Part shown: positions 38,397 through 51,133 of the stretch, piece by piece | Layout of the letters: each line of letters opens with the position of its first letter | Position numbering within the stretch: position 1 is the first letter of the stretch | Assembly (NCBI GenBank): GCA_043228905.1 | Contig: JBHGNT010000012.1 | Location: 14,260,001-14,324,000 of the forward strand | From: Azolla caroliniana | Lineage: Eukaryota > Plantae > Polypodiophyta | Direction of reading: 5' to 3' | Length of the DNA: 64,000 nt | Notes under the pieces: model-generated | The model's input: only the letters and a program-made list of their open reading frames with translations | Database searches by the model: none | What the model was told of the DNA's origin: nothing | Program-made: the position numbers and the translations under genes

Positions 38397-40712
38397 CGGT
38401 AAGGACCGCGGTATACATCCAGAACCGGATCGGAGACAAAGTGTCGGCGCACGAGCTATATTTCGGAACGAAGCCGAACTTGCGACACTTGAGGGTGTTC
38501 GGTAGCATTGCGTATGTGCATGTACCAAAGGAGAAAAGGAGGAAGCTGGACGCAAAGGCCGAGAAATGCATCTTGGTCGTTTACTCGGACGAGCAGAAGG
38601 GTTATAAGTGCTATAACCCTCGCACCAAACAAGCGTGTGTTAGCCGCGACGTTGTGTTTGACGAGTCCGCGTCCTGGTACCAGCCCCCGACTCCGAAACC
38701 CGACTCCAATCCGAGCTCTGACGATGAGGTCAGCGAGGCCAAGATGCCTCCGGATGAGCCCGAAATCGAGACCCGCGAAGAGAGTCTGATTTCACTCCGA
38801 TTAAGTGGACCGATTGGACGACTGAGTCAGTACGACCAGTCCGATGAAGAGCCGGCGAGTAGTGGAGACTCGGCCGTGCATTCCCCGCGCAAGAAACCGA
38901 GGAGACGGCTTACGCGCAAAGAGAAAGGGAAGAAGAAGGTGTCGGATTCCGGCACGGATAGGAACGAGTCAGACCGACGCGAGTCCGACTCCGAGGGAAC
39001 CGGTGACGGGTCTTTAAAGGTGAAGTCTGTGTCGACCGAGAAGGCCTCCACATCGGCTAATTTGAGATTACGTCGATCTACCTGCCAGAAGAATCCTGTT
39101 TTGCGGTTCGGATACAATGAGTACATGGCGCATCATTATGCGTACATGACCCGTGTAGCGGAAGTGCGTGAGCCGGAGAGCTACGCAGAAGCGGCTAAAG
39201 ACGCGAATTGGCGTGCCGTGATGGAGGAAGAGATGCACGCATTGGCGGAGAACGAGACCTGTGACCTGGTTGACGCACCAAGAGGGGTTAAACCGATCGG
39301 GTGTAGGTGGGTGTACAAGGTCAAGTACAACACCGATGGCTCAGTCAACCGGTACAAGGCTCGGCTAGTGGCAAAGGGCTACGCGCAGAAACACGGCATC
39401 GACTACGATGAGACGTTTGCGCCGGTCGCGAAAATGACGACTGTCCGTGTTTTGCTCGCAGTAGCTGCGGTGAAGGGGTGGCACTTACATCAGATGGATG
39501 TAAAGAATGCGTTCCTGCAAGGTGACCTTGAGGAATAGGTGTACATGGTACAACCCCCTGGTTTTCACTCCGGAACGAACTCTTCGGCAGTATGCCGACT
39601 GAAGAAGTCCCTTTACAGACTGAAGCAAGCCCCGCGTGCCTGGAACGCGAAGATCACGCAACAACTGCGTCGGATGGGCTTCGTCACGTCAAAATCGGAC
39701 TCTTCCCTATTCATCCGGAAAGGTCGACTCGGACCGGTTAGTATTTTACTATATGTTGATGACTTGGTCATCACCGGCGCCGACCTAGGTGAAATCGATC
39801 GCGTGAAGCTCCAGCTTGCGGCATCGTTCGACATGAAGGATCTGGGGGACCTTCATTGCTTTTTCGGGATCGAAGTGATCCGTACCCCCGAAGGCATATT
39901 GATTAGCCAACGTCATTACGTGCTGAGTATGCTCTTCAAATTCGGGATGGCCGACTGTAAGTCCGTCTCGACTCCTCTGGACAGAACCGTCAAGCTTCGT
40001 CCCGATACAGGAAAGGTATGTGACCCGACGAGGTTCTGACAAATTGTCGGAAGCCTCATATACTTGACCATCACCAGACCCGACCTCAGTTATCCGGTCG
40101 GAGTGATCAGTCAGTTCATGGCGTGACCTACCGAGGAGCACCTTCAGTGTGCGCAACGCATACTTCGGTATGTCAACGCCACTAAGGATCGGGGACTGCT
40201 ATATCGGACCGATGCAACCGCGTAGTTAGTCGGCTACACCGATGCTGATTGGGCTGGCAACGCCGCCGATTACCGATCCACGTCCGGATACGCGTTCTCC
40301 TCGGGAGTGCCGCGATCGCGTGGAGCAGTAAGAAGCAGCTGACAGTTGCACTATCGAGCACTGAAGCTGAGTACCGAGGAGCAGCTGTCACGACATGTGA
40401 AGCCATATGGTTGAAGCGACTACTTGAGGACCTGCAAGAGGAGGTGTCAGCTCCGACGACGATCTACTGCGACAACCTCAGCAGCATCTAGCTCGCGAAA
40501 AACCCCGTTTTCCACGCACGAACTAAGCACATTGAGGTGCACTACCATTTCGTCCGTGAGCGTGTCCTTCCAGTGAAGTCGAACTTCAGTACGTTCCGAT
40601 GGATCGGCAGACTGCCGACATCTTCACCAAGCCTCTTGGTCTGGACAAGTTGCAGCAATTCTCAGGTGCGCTCGGATTGCGTCACCTCGACGTGCCGAAC
40701 TTGAGGGGGAGG
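38397..40712 (+). pseudogene. pol: Copia B integrase C-part, RT and RNase H
   Basis: [61 protein letters not shown]; several stops. Confidence 0.95.
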
Positions 40713-41827
40713 ACAGTCCCGAACGACCAAGCAAGGCAGCAGGAAAGGAGCGGAGACCGCGACACCGAGTCGGTTGACTCGGTTGTTGAATTCGACTTCG
40801 GATCAGCTGAAGAAGCCGAGGGCGGACCCGCGGAAAAATCCGGAAGCGGACAGAAGGGGAACAGCCAAAGGAGAGAGCCGAAGCCAACCACGCATGGAGA
40901 AGATGACGCCATCAAGGGCGAGAAGACCAAAGACAAGTTGGAGACAGCCACCTCGGACGAGAGCGAAAATCGATCGGAGGTAGCCGAGTCGGTTCGGATG
41001 TTTGATTCAGATACACTGAATCAACCGAGGCCCAAGCGGAAGAAAAGGCAGCAGGAGAAGCGTCAACACCGCAACAACAGAAGAGCTGATAAGGGCCACA
41101 TGAGCAGACAAGCCGACCGGAAGGGTCGAAGCGCGCGGAGTCGAACAGGTCGAGGAGCGCGAGCGAGGCGTGAAGCCAGGAGGAACCAAAGCTGTGAGCC
41201 CGAAGATCCCGATGAGCCTCAAGTTGAGCTTGAGGGGGAGTGTTGAGAGACAAGCTCAACATTGGCCGGATCGGCTGAAGAAGCCGAGGACCGGATCGGT
41301 TGGGACCGATCGGTTAGGCCGAATGCGTAAACCGGTACGCAGACTAGTGCGTAGGTAGGGCCGGATCGGTGCGTAAACCAGGAGGCCGTTAGGAAAGATA
41401 TTCCGTGAGGAATATATTTGGGAGTTAGTGTAGGAGCTCTCAATGAGCATTGAAGTACTGTCAATACTTCTGTCAGTCCTTCTAGGATTTGTATAAAAGT
41501 GTTCATTGAACACACATATGTATATAGAGTAGTGAATAGAGATTGAGCATTTTTTAATATAGTTCTTGTGTTCTCTCTCTCTCCTTCTCTGTCTCTCCCG
41601 CGTATATTGCGTAAGCTCAAGCTCTCCATTGAACTTGAGTTTTCTGTCTTCTGTTCGGTCTTCATACTTGTTTCCGCACGCTACTTTTTACAATTCGTAA
41701 CACCTCAACCCTTGATATCTCTGATGTGGATATCATCGTGTACGACTTCACGCTTACAAAAGCCGGAGGTTTAAGGAAGCCAACAATAGATATAATAAAA
41801 GAAAAATTACTAATTCTAGATGATGGT

Positions 41828-42370
41828 TGTCATAGACAAGATGCCACATGAAATGGTGGGGGTTGAACCCATGACCTTCTAGTCTTATTGGGCAACCTTA
41901 CCAATTGAGCTACATCCATCTATGCATTATTGTATTGTGTAAGACTCAACTTATTTCATTATAGATTGATCACTATAACTTTCAAGAACCTTCTAGAGAA
42001 TGCATCTTCATGGACTCTCTAGAAGTTTCCATGCACTCTCTAGAAGTCTCCTAGCTTTCATTCATACCTCCACATTCTTGTATAAATACCGGGGTGCACC
42101 TTGATTACAATCAAGGTGAAGAACACTAGTTACGAAAGCATATACAGTTCTTGTTTATTTGTCTATCCTCTCTCTTGCTTGTTCTCTTGTCTATGCTCTC
42201 TCTCCCGCTATTTCTTAATATTGAGCCTCGTCTACTTGTCTTTGACAATCTTGTGATCTTGCTTATGCTCTCGCTCTCTCTTAGTACTAAGCCTCATTCC
42301 ACCCGTTCGTGACAGGGGCTCGAGTCGAAGGCAAACGAGATCGAATGCACATAATCTAGAGTCACACCAT
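41828..42370 (+). mobile_element. Probable solo LTR carrying an antisense tRNA-like Pol III head
   Basis: Starts TGTCA, tctagaa repeats, TATAAATA at 42081, CT-rich U5; interrupts the transposase relic; exact right end and TSD uncertain. Confidence 0.5.
41850..41917 (-). ncRNA. tRNA-derived (SINE-head-like) sequence with A and B boxes
   Basis: Minus strand GGATGTAGCTCAATTGGTAAG...AGGTCATGGGTTCAACCCCCACC; no intact cloverleaf or anticodon arm. Confidence 0.6.
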
Positions 42371-42749
42371 TTGGTTTATGATGAAGATAATGCATTGATT
42401 GGTACATCTGATGAGGAGGAGGAGGAATCCTCATTGTATATTACCTATAGTAGTGATTCTCCGTAAAGGAGTGATCATGAATATAGTTTTGGCTATTAAG
42501 TGTAACTACCTTCCACTTGTAACAAATCGAGTAATATAAAAGCATGTGTTTTGAATTCTTTCAATTCCTATGAATATCATTTCTTATAAAAAAACATTGG
42601 TTGTAAAGTTTGTGATATAAATTGATAATGTAACTTTTTGAAATTTTCCTTTATTTATTTATTTTTAAATCACGAAAATGGTGGATTTTTAACCTTTTTC
42701 ATAGTATATTTTTAACCGGTATCAATGTGTTTTGTATTATCATTGAAAA

Positions 42750-43900
42750 AGTACTAAAATCAAACGGAATATTCATTATCCTTCCATTTATGCGCGATCC
42801 TTCCACTTGTGAACGCGAACATGTTAATCTTGGATTGTTGCAAATGGGTGATGTCGTAAAAACATTGTCGATGTTTGTTGTGTCATTTCCACGCCAAAAA
42901 ATCATGGGTGGAAAACTTATTGGCCAAAGTAAGTGTTGTTGAGGGGAACCATCTATATCAACGGATGTGCCAACTCCTGCAATATATAGAAGGAGGATGG
43001 TGTGGCTGGACATGTGTGTGGAGGAAACCGTGCCCAAGTTGGGTAGAATGTTCAACTACGGACATGTTGACACTATTAATATTGTGGAGAGATATTGGCA
43101 ATTTATCATACTACTTTGAGAGGAAGAATAAACTGATCAATTACCGATCTTGTGCATGTCTTAATCAAGGATAGTGAAACTGGCACTTCCATCGAAGGGA
43201 CCGTCATAGAATGGTACAAACAACAACAAGAAATATGCGAGAGTGGGGAGGCCAAGAGGATACTCGAAAGGTATGAAACTAATACTACCATAGTGCATAT
43301 TGTGGACAAGGCCCAATATTAGTTTAAAATATTGAGCTTGACGACTCCCACTCTATGGTATAATGTATCGCTCCAATGCTCATATTGTGATTTCCAAGAC
43401 CTTGCAAGTAAATGATTATTGAGAGGAATCCAGATGATTATTGAGAGGCACATGCCACATCTATGTGTGTTGTTGCCTTTTATAGATCACACGGCCCAAA
43501 TGTGAATGGACCATATCACAAAAATAGAAGTGGAGATAGAGGTAGAACCACTCACGGAGACAAACCCTACCGCATCAAAGATGGAATCATGGAAGTCCAA
43601 AATACAAACGACCAAGGAAGCTATTCAATGTCTCAAGGGTTAGGATTCTTTGACCGAGAAACTATTTTGGAATGTATACAAACATTGGAAGTTCTTATTG
43701 AGAAGGTGTATCACATTGATGCACCGAAATCAACCAATGAAGAGGACGGTGGATCCATAAATTGGAAGCAAGCAATTGGTGCAAAGAGAGGAGCAACAGT
43801 CAACATCTCACAAGATCTTATTGGCAGCAAAACACTTCCAAACCCACATCGGAGAACAACAGAGACATGCAAGTCAAGATAGGAAGCGGTCGCGAATATG
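42750..43900 (+). pseudogene. MULE-type transposase relic with SWIM-like finger
   Basis: YGHVDTINIVERYWQF..TLRGRIN*SITDLVHVL (TNN.VE-type catalytic Glu region) and WYNVSLQCSYCDFQD (SWIM-like); many stops. Confidence 0.5.
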
Positions 43901-44394
43901 TGAGACAAAGAACGTTCAATGCTTGCATTGTGATGGCTTTGACCTTAACGGACTCAAACGCTAATTGCTACAAGAATCTTGCCATCATTCCCACATGAGC
44001 CATAATCTTGGCATTAGTTTTCATCGTGTTTTGTTTAGGAACATTGGTTTTGTACAATTTGTGATGTAGAGAACATTTTGTGTTGGGGAAATCGTTAAGT
44101 TTTAAGTTAATTTGTTATTTGAGGCTTTAAGGTTTGAGTTTGTGTAATTTTTAACGTTTAAAGTTTAAAGTTGATTTGTTATTTGAATCGTTAAGTTTGT
44201 GTATTTGTTGAAGTATTAAATTTTTAGTTGATTTGTTATTTTAAGTTCGGTGTAATTCATTGATTTTGGAAGTCTTAACATTTCAATTTGTGGCAATCTG
44301 ATTTGTTGTTTTAAGTTTTAAGTTCAATGTGATTGGAAGATTTTCATGGAAATGATGTCAATAAATTTTAAGACTTACAAACTTAGGCGACTGA

Positions 44395-44820
44395 TGTTAG
44401 AGTTATGTTCTAATGTAAGCATATGATAAGGATAAAACATAGATAAATAAGAAAGGGGAGAGAGAAAGAAGGGTTCTGATCCACCCAACCACCCCTGAGC
44501 GAAGGGATCGAGATAGACTCGAGCCTCGATCGGCATCCCATACCACCGTTGTGGCATCGAGTTCGTCTCAATCCCTTCGCTCAGGGTTGGTCAGGTGGAT
44601 CGACACCCTTCTTTCTCTCTCCCCTTTCTTATTTATCTATATTTTATCCTTATCATATGCTTACATTAGAACATAACTCTAAAAATTGGTATCAGAGTCT
44701 CGATGTAGTTGATAATGTGTCAAATGAGGGTAGTTAGGCCTCATATTTATAGCCAGACCTAAGGCCCCCAAGCAAGTTCACACTTGGCCTAATGGGTTGT
44801 CTCAATCTCGAGGATTAAAA
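44395..44820 (-). mobile_element. LTR (same family as 10710-11170) with internal fold-back duplication of U5 plus PBS
   Basis: 44395-44525 and 44560-44684 are inverted copies; TGGTATCAGAG at 44687; 44722-44820 matches 10962-11062. Confidence 0.85.
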
Positions 44821-45111
44821 GAATAGCTTGCCAAACCTGGGTTAGGTGAGACATAGGCTTGGCAGACCCGAGTTAGACGTGACAGATCCGATTGTCAGAC
44901 CCAGGTTAGATGTAACAGAGGCTTGTCAGACTCGGATTTGATTTTAAGCGCGCGCTTTTTGTGGATAGAGATTGAACAGTGCAGATCACACACGCCATTC
45001 AAAACGTGTCCTGCACCGTCCGTGTCCGCGATTTCCTCACGAGGCCTAGTTATGATTTGGTTGCAAATAGAAACGAGCTACATGCATGCATACATGCATG
45101 CATGCATGCAT

Positions 45112-48100
45112 GGTCGTGACTAACTACTACCAAAAATTAAAGAGGGAAAGTGAGGGAATCGCGGGCGCGGACGGTGCAAGTCGCTCATTTGATGGCGCCT
45201 ACGATCTCCACCATCCAATCTGGATAAAAAGCTAACAACGTTTGTCACTAGGAGCCCGACTCTAACACAAGGAGCTCGACTCTCTGACAACCTCTGCCAC
45301 CAGGAGCCCCACTGTGTCATAAGGAGCCCCACTGTCTGACAGCCTCTGTCACTAGGAGCCCGACCAACTGTGGGTAGGAGCCCGACTCTCAAAAAAGTAA
45401 AAGTAATAAAGAATAATATAGCAATGTAATAAAATAAAAATGAATAGGGTATTGGTTAGAGTTATCCCTAAGTTTTGCTAGGTTTATGGTTCAAATCCTT
45501 CCTCTTTTTAATTCTTTCTCTTTGATTTTTTTTCTTCTTCGATTACTTTCTTTATTAGGGTTTCAACATTTGGTTAGTCACTTTACACTTCATTTACATT
45601 TAAGGGTCATAATAGTGGTATGGAATTCTCGTCTCAACGTGATGAATTCTTGTCTTTTGCAATTGTAGATCTTTTACCCTATGATCCTTCTAATCCACAT
45701 CTTGCCCCTTAACACTTTTGTTTAAGTAAAATTAGCTCTTACCATTTGGGCTATGTTGATTGTCACTTTAATATGCAACTCACTCATGTTCCAAGTTAAG
45801 TTAACTCTTGTAATTTGGGCTTTTTCTTGATTCTTTGACTTTATACCATGGAATACTCTACCTATGGATCATGAGCCAAAACAAGAAGAAATGACACAAT
45901 GACACATTCACATTTTCAAACTCACTCATTCACTCTATTCACAATAGTATGCAACTCACTCATGTTCCATGTAAAGTTAGCTTTCATAAATTGGGCATTT
46001 TCTTGGTTCTTTGACTTTCTACCATGGAATACTACTACCTATGGATCATCAATCAACACAAGAAGAAATGACACAATAACACATTCACATTTTCAAACTT
46101 TGTAGGAAGCATTAGACACCACATAGAATTTCCAAGGTTAAACAGACATAGCAAACAACTACTAAAGAGTACAAAAAACAGTGGCACTTATAACATTTCA
46201 ATTCCACATGAAAGATTCCCTATTAGGGTGTAAAAATAAATTTCCATACATACATCCCTCTAGAGTACCAGTATCAATATAATACTACCCAATTTTGAAT
46301 ATATACAAGGTATGCATAGAAAACCTAGTGGATGGTGAATATCATTCTCACATTCTCATCGGATGCAATAAGTATGATGCCGTACTAGAGAAGCATGATA
46401 CTCAAATCCCACCAAGAAGGATGAACATATAAGCACATTAATTACCTTCACACAATTTTTAACTACAAAATAGCAAACCCCCTTCACAAGGGATCACATA
46501 TATGATGACATGTTTAATTGCTGAATGGAAAATAAGAATAGATTCTATTATACTCCATTCTCTCTTAACATTACTCAACTACAATATCTCATGATAATAG
46601 GACAAGTTTAGCATGTATTGAACTCATATATTAGTATTCTTGTAGGATTGTCTATAAGATTGAATTGTGACCCTTTTTGAGCATTGAACAGAAAATCCTT
46701 GGTTTAACACACCCAAGATCCATACAGTAAATTAATAGCTATCCATATAAGAACATTGAGATATTACCATGATGGCCTTTTCAGTGCAACTACATGTATA
46801 ACATAACAAAGTTGTGATTTATGTTCGCTTCACAAAGAAATATAACAATGTGAGAAAAAATGAGCAAAAATGTGTCATATAAAGATGCCCCAATATGTAG
46901 TTTTAGTTCATAGATACAAACTTGTGTAAAAAATATATACACAGAACAAAATGATTTTTGAGGATTTCAAATAGAATTTTCAACATTAACCCTTATTTGA
47001 AACTTGAAACTTAATGTCATTGGAGATCTAGTGACATTTTTTATGCATAGAGATTGATAACCTATGAGACTATATTAACAATATGTATCATGGACTAAGT
47101 ATAATAAAGTGATAATCAAATAGAAGGCTTAATCCGATATCTCAAACTCCTCAAGATCTTACTCAATTTAATGTTTAATAAAGGCAAATATATGAAGGCA
47201 CAAGTTATTGGACTTTCCTATCAAAGAACACCAAACAGAACTATAAAACAGATCTGACTCCACATTGAGTCAGATACAACCAAAATGAGATTCAAATATT
47301 GATTTTGATATTACAAAATCCATATACATCATCATCAGTTTTGGTTATACAAAAGTAGATCATCACCCTCATAGTAGATCATAAGTAAATCCATTGGCAT
47401 AAGAGTATATCATAAGTAAATCCATTGCATTACTCATGTTGTCAATTAATCATATCCTCTAAACAAAATCCATTGCATACAAAAACCGAAAAATCAAAAC
47501 TTCATCCTCTGAACAGAATCAAAACTCATCAGCATGTATACAAACAATTTCATATAAACAAGCTTTACATCCATGTTACAAATAAGAGGCAAGAAGAAGA
47601 TACACAAGACGTATAGATGCCATATTACAAAATCAACCATTTACAATATGCAAAAAAGGTTGGCAACCTTGGTTCCAACGTACTAAAAAGATTTACAACA
47701 TTGTTACAAAAAAGCTTGATAATACAACGATATCATATATTTTATGTTACGAAGTATAACATTTCCTCCGGTTAATATATGGGAAAGCCCAAAATCCGGC
47801 GTGCCCATTTTGCCAACGTTTTCGAAGGAGCCCCACATCTTCGAATCCGAGCCATTGCTCCTTACCCTACACCAATGCACACATTTGTTGCAGCTCTTAC
47901 AATAACAAATGCCAGCTATACTTACAAAATCTATTGAATCGGATCCAAATCACCCAATGTCTTCAAGCTGACCGTCGGTGGATTATTCAACGGGTCACAA
48001 TAGACTATTGGACTCCTCCTCAACATTTCTTCATATTGATGCTTAAATTATAACAATGTATTTATATGATACATTTGAAAAATGGAACAACTAAGTCTCT

Positions 48101-48729
48101 CACTATGTTAGAATATGGAACCATGTGATCAAATGTAAATGAAAAGAAACCCTAAACGATGTAAAACATAAAAGTAGCCATGAAAATACATACCTATTAT
48201 TGCTTTCATTTTGCAGATCGAATGTAGGTGGTTGGGAAGTGCTCATTGGCGGAGAGTGGTGCTCCTCTCGGATTCAGGCAGAAAGTGTTGTGCCTCTCTG
48301 ATTTTGGTGGAAAGTGGTGCTCCTCTTTGATTCTTCCCTCCAAATACCCTAAAACTCTCTTTTCAAAATAGGTTCAAAATGAGTGATTCAGGGTTTTTAT
48401 AATCAGTGCTCATTAATAATGAGTAGGGCTCCTTTTGACAGAGTCGGGCTCCTGGTGACAGAGGTTGTCAGGCAGAGGGGCTCCCTTTGACAGAGTCGGG
48501 CTCTTAGTTACAATGGTTGTCAGATAGCGGGGCTCCTAGTCGGGCTCTTCATTGGTAAGCAAGGCTCCTAGTTGGGTTCCCCAATAAGTGACGATTTCTT
48601 CGCGCGTCTTTTTTCCTCCACATCGGACGGTGCAAATCGCATGTGCCCTCGGTTGAGCGACCTGCACCGTCCCTCTCCGTGATTCCCTCACTTGCCCTCT
48701 TCAATTTTTGGTGGTATTTAGACACCACG
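45112..48729. mobile_element. Long-TIR (Mutator-like or unclassified) DNA element bounded by (CATG)n tracts
   Basis: About 120-bp imperfect TIRs (45112-45235 vs 48600-48729), subterminal GGAGCCCGACTCT repeats in opposite orientation at the two ends. Confidence 0.8.
45773..46099. repeat. Tandem duplication, about 176-bp period
   Basis: atgcaactcactcatgttcca...acacattcacattttcaaact present twice. Confidence 0.8.
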
Positions 48730-49011
48730 ATGCATGCATGTATACATACATGCATGCATACATACATGCATGCATGTATGATACAATGTACCCAACCAAG
48801 CAGCAAAGGAAGGAAAAAATGTGTGTGTATTCATGAGCCCTGTTTCAGAGAAGCAGGAAGAAGCTCCCAGTCATTCATTCATGACCCCCCCTGCCTGCCT
48901 GTGTATTCAGAGAAGCAGGAAGAAGCACACAGAGACACAGAGCGAGAGATTCTTGATGGAGATCCTACAACAAATGAAGGCCGCGAATGAATACAGCAGA
49001 CTAAAGTAGCG

Positions 49012-49305
49012 ATGGCCTCCATCCTTCGCCCTTTCATCTTGCGCAGAAGATCGCATCATCATCGATGGCTTTCTTTCTCCTCCTCCTCCTCTGTCTCTCG
49101 TAGCTGGGAATATTCCTTCCATAACTCTCTCATCGATGGCCTCTCCAAGCACTCTGTGGGGTTCCCTGTGGAAGGAAAGAATGTGGAGGTCCTTTCTACT
49201 CCTTCACAGTTCTATCAAACTCTCAAAGATTGTGTTAGGGTCTCCAAAGATCGCGTCTTTATGACTTCCCTCTACATTGGTACGGGTTCTCTCGAGCAAG
49301 AGTTG
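49012..49305 (+). CDS. PGS1: CDP-diacylglycerol--glycerol-3-phosphate 3-phosphatidyltransferase (PLD-type PGS1), mitochondrial, exon 1
   Basis: Arg/Ser-rich presequence; VEVLSTPSQFYQTLK..RVFMTSLYIGTG.LEQEL; GTAATC donor, phase 0. Confidence 0.9.
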
Positions 49306-51133
49306 GTAATCCTGTTTCTTCTCCTATATTTTATTCATTTATTCATTATTTATTTATGATTGTATGTATGTATGTATGTATGTATGTATGTATGTATGTA
49401 TGTGCATGATGATAAGTGTCCCTTGAGAATGATTTTTTGTGGGTTCATGACCACTTGATATCTTAAGTTGTAACAGAATTGGCTTCAACATCATGTAGGA
49501 TGTCTGTCATGATTTGTGCATAGCTATTTTGTAACCCAAGTTTTGGTATCATGTTGGGGCCAGGAAGCCTTGGGCTTCATGTTGATACCAGGAAGGCTAT
49601 ATCCTGCATGCTCATATATTTGGTATGCTGTCTTGGTTTGTGGGTATCGAGCTTGTGTCGGGAAGACTCAGGCTACATGTTGATGCCAGATTGACTATAT
49701 CCTGGATGCCTATCTATGTGTTGATACCAACACAACTTTCATGAGCTATTGAATCCAGAACCTCATTGTAATTGAGTGTCAATAATCTTTAACTACTACG
49801 CTTGCTCATAGAAGCAAACCCTGAGGGAGATAACCTAGAAACAAGATCTCCTAGCAATACAAATCAGACAAACCTCCAATGCTCATAGTCACACTGTCCA
49901 AGGTCTCCCTCATGCTAGGTGTGGTCTCTGAAGAACAAGGCATAGACACTATAAGATTCAGTGTTTGAATCCTTCTAGTTGGCCTTGTGCTGTTTTATTT
50001 TCACAAATTGTCTCCTGCTTTCTTGCTAGTGGTCGTTAAATCCCTCGCAAACGAGCTTGTAAGGGTTAGGAATGATGTCAATAGGGCCGAGGAATACTCA
50101 GGATTCACCCTCGTATAGGCTCTTTAGATGCAACAGTGGAGCTATGGTAGAAAAGATAGAGAGAGAGTAGTAGTTGGAGGAGCTCACCTTTGAAGTGAGA
50201 TCCAAAAGTTTTTAACTTATGTTTTATATGAACCATTTAGGATTAGTGACTTTTGGCTGGTATAAATAGGCCTATACACATTTACACACTATAAGGGGTC
50301 ACTTAGGGCCTTTACCCCAACAGCCTCCCACTTAAAGGCATGAATGACGTGTTTAAGCTACGTAACTCCCACCATATGTATGATGTTGTGCTTTGGGTAA
50401 GCACTTGGTGAGTAAATCTACAGCATTTTGTGATGTGTGGACCTTTATCAATGTGATAATGCCATCTTGAAGCACTTCTTAAATGAATTGATATCGCACA
50501 TCAATATGTTTTGTGCGTGCATGAAACATAGCATTCTTTGCCAAACAGATGGCACTTTGGCTATCACAACCAAGCATAGGTGCCATTTCAGGCAAACCAA
50601 ACTCACTGCAAAGACGTGCTAACCATATTGCTTCCTTGGAAGCCTCAATGACTGAAATATATTCAGCCTTGGTAGTGGACAAAGCAACAACCTTTTGGAG
50701 CCTACTGCACCATGATATAGCACCAAACTCACTACAAAGACGCGCTAACCATATTGCTTTCTTGGAAGCCTCAATGACTGAAATATATTCAGCCTCGGTA
50801 GTGGACAAAGCAACAACCTTTTGCAGCCTACTGCACCATGATATAGCACCACCTGCAAGTGTGAATACATAGCCACTTGTGGATTTCCGTGTATCCACAT
50901 CACGTGTATCCACATCACCTGCCATGTCAGAGTCACAGAAACCCTTTAGCTCTAATGGGACTTTTCCATAACAGAGGCATTTATTTTTAGTCCCTTTTTA
51001 AGTACCTCATAATGGACTTTACTACATTCCAATGTGCCTTGCCCGGATTAGCCATGAATCGGCTTACAACTCCCATTGCATAGGCAATATCAGGTCTAGT
51101 AGCAACCATAGCATACATAAGTGAACCACAAGC

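Larger units (their letters stand above)
25980..41692 (+). mobile_element. Complete Ty1/copia LTR retrotransposon B (interrupted by gypsy B)
   Basis: 452-bp LTRs 25980-26431 and 41241-41692 (TG...CA), TSD ATTCG, tRNA-Met PBS TGGTATCAGAGC at 26432, PPT TTGAGGGGGAG. Confidence 0.97.

Noticed and set aside
41850-41917. Functional tRNA gene
   Set aside because: A and B boxes are present but anticodon arm and acceptor stem do not form.
47760-48020. Cys-rich minus-strand fragment (CYCKSCNKCVHW) inside the TIR element
   Set aside because: Too short and broken to assign to a transposase or captured gene.
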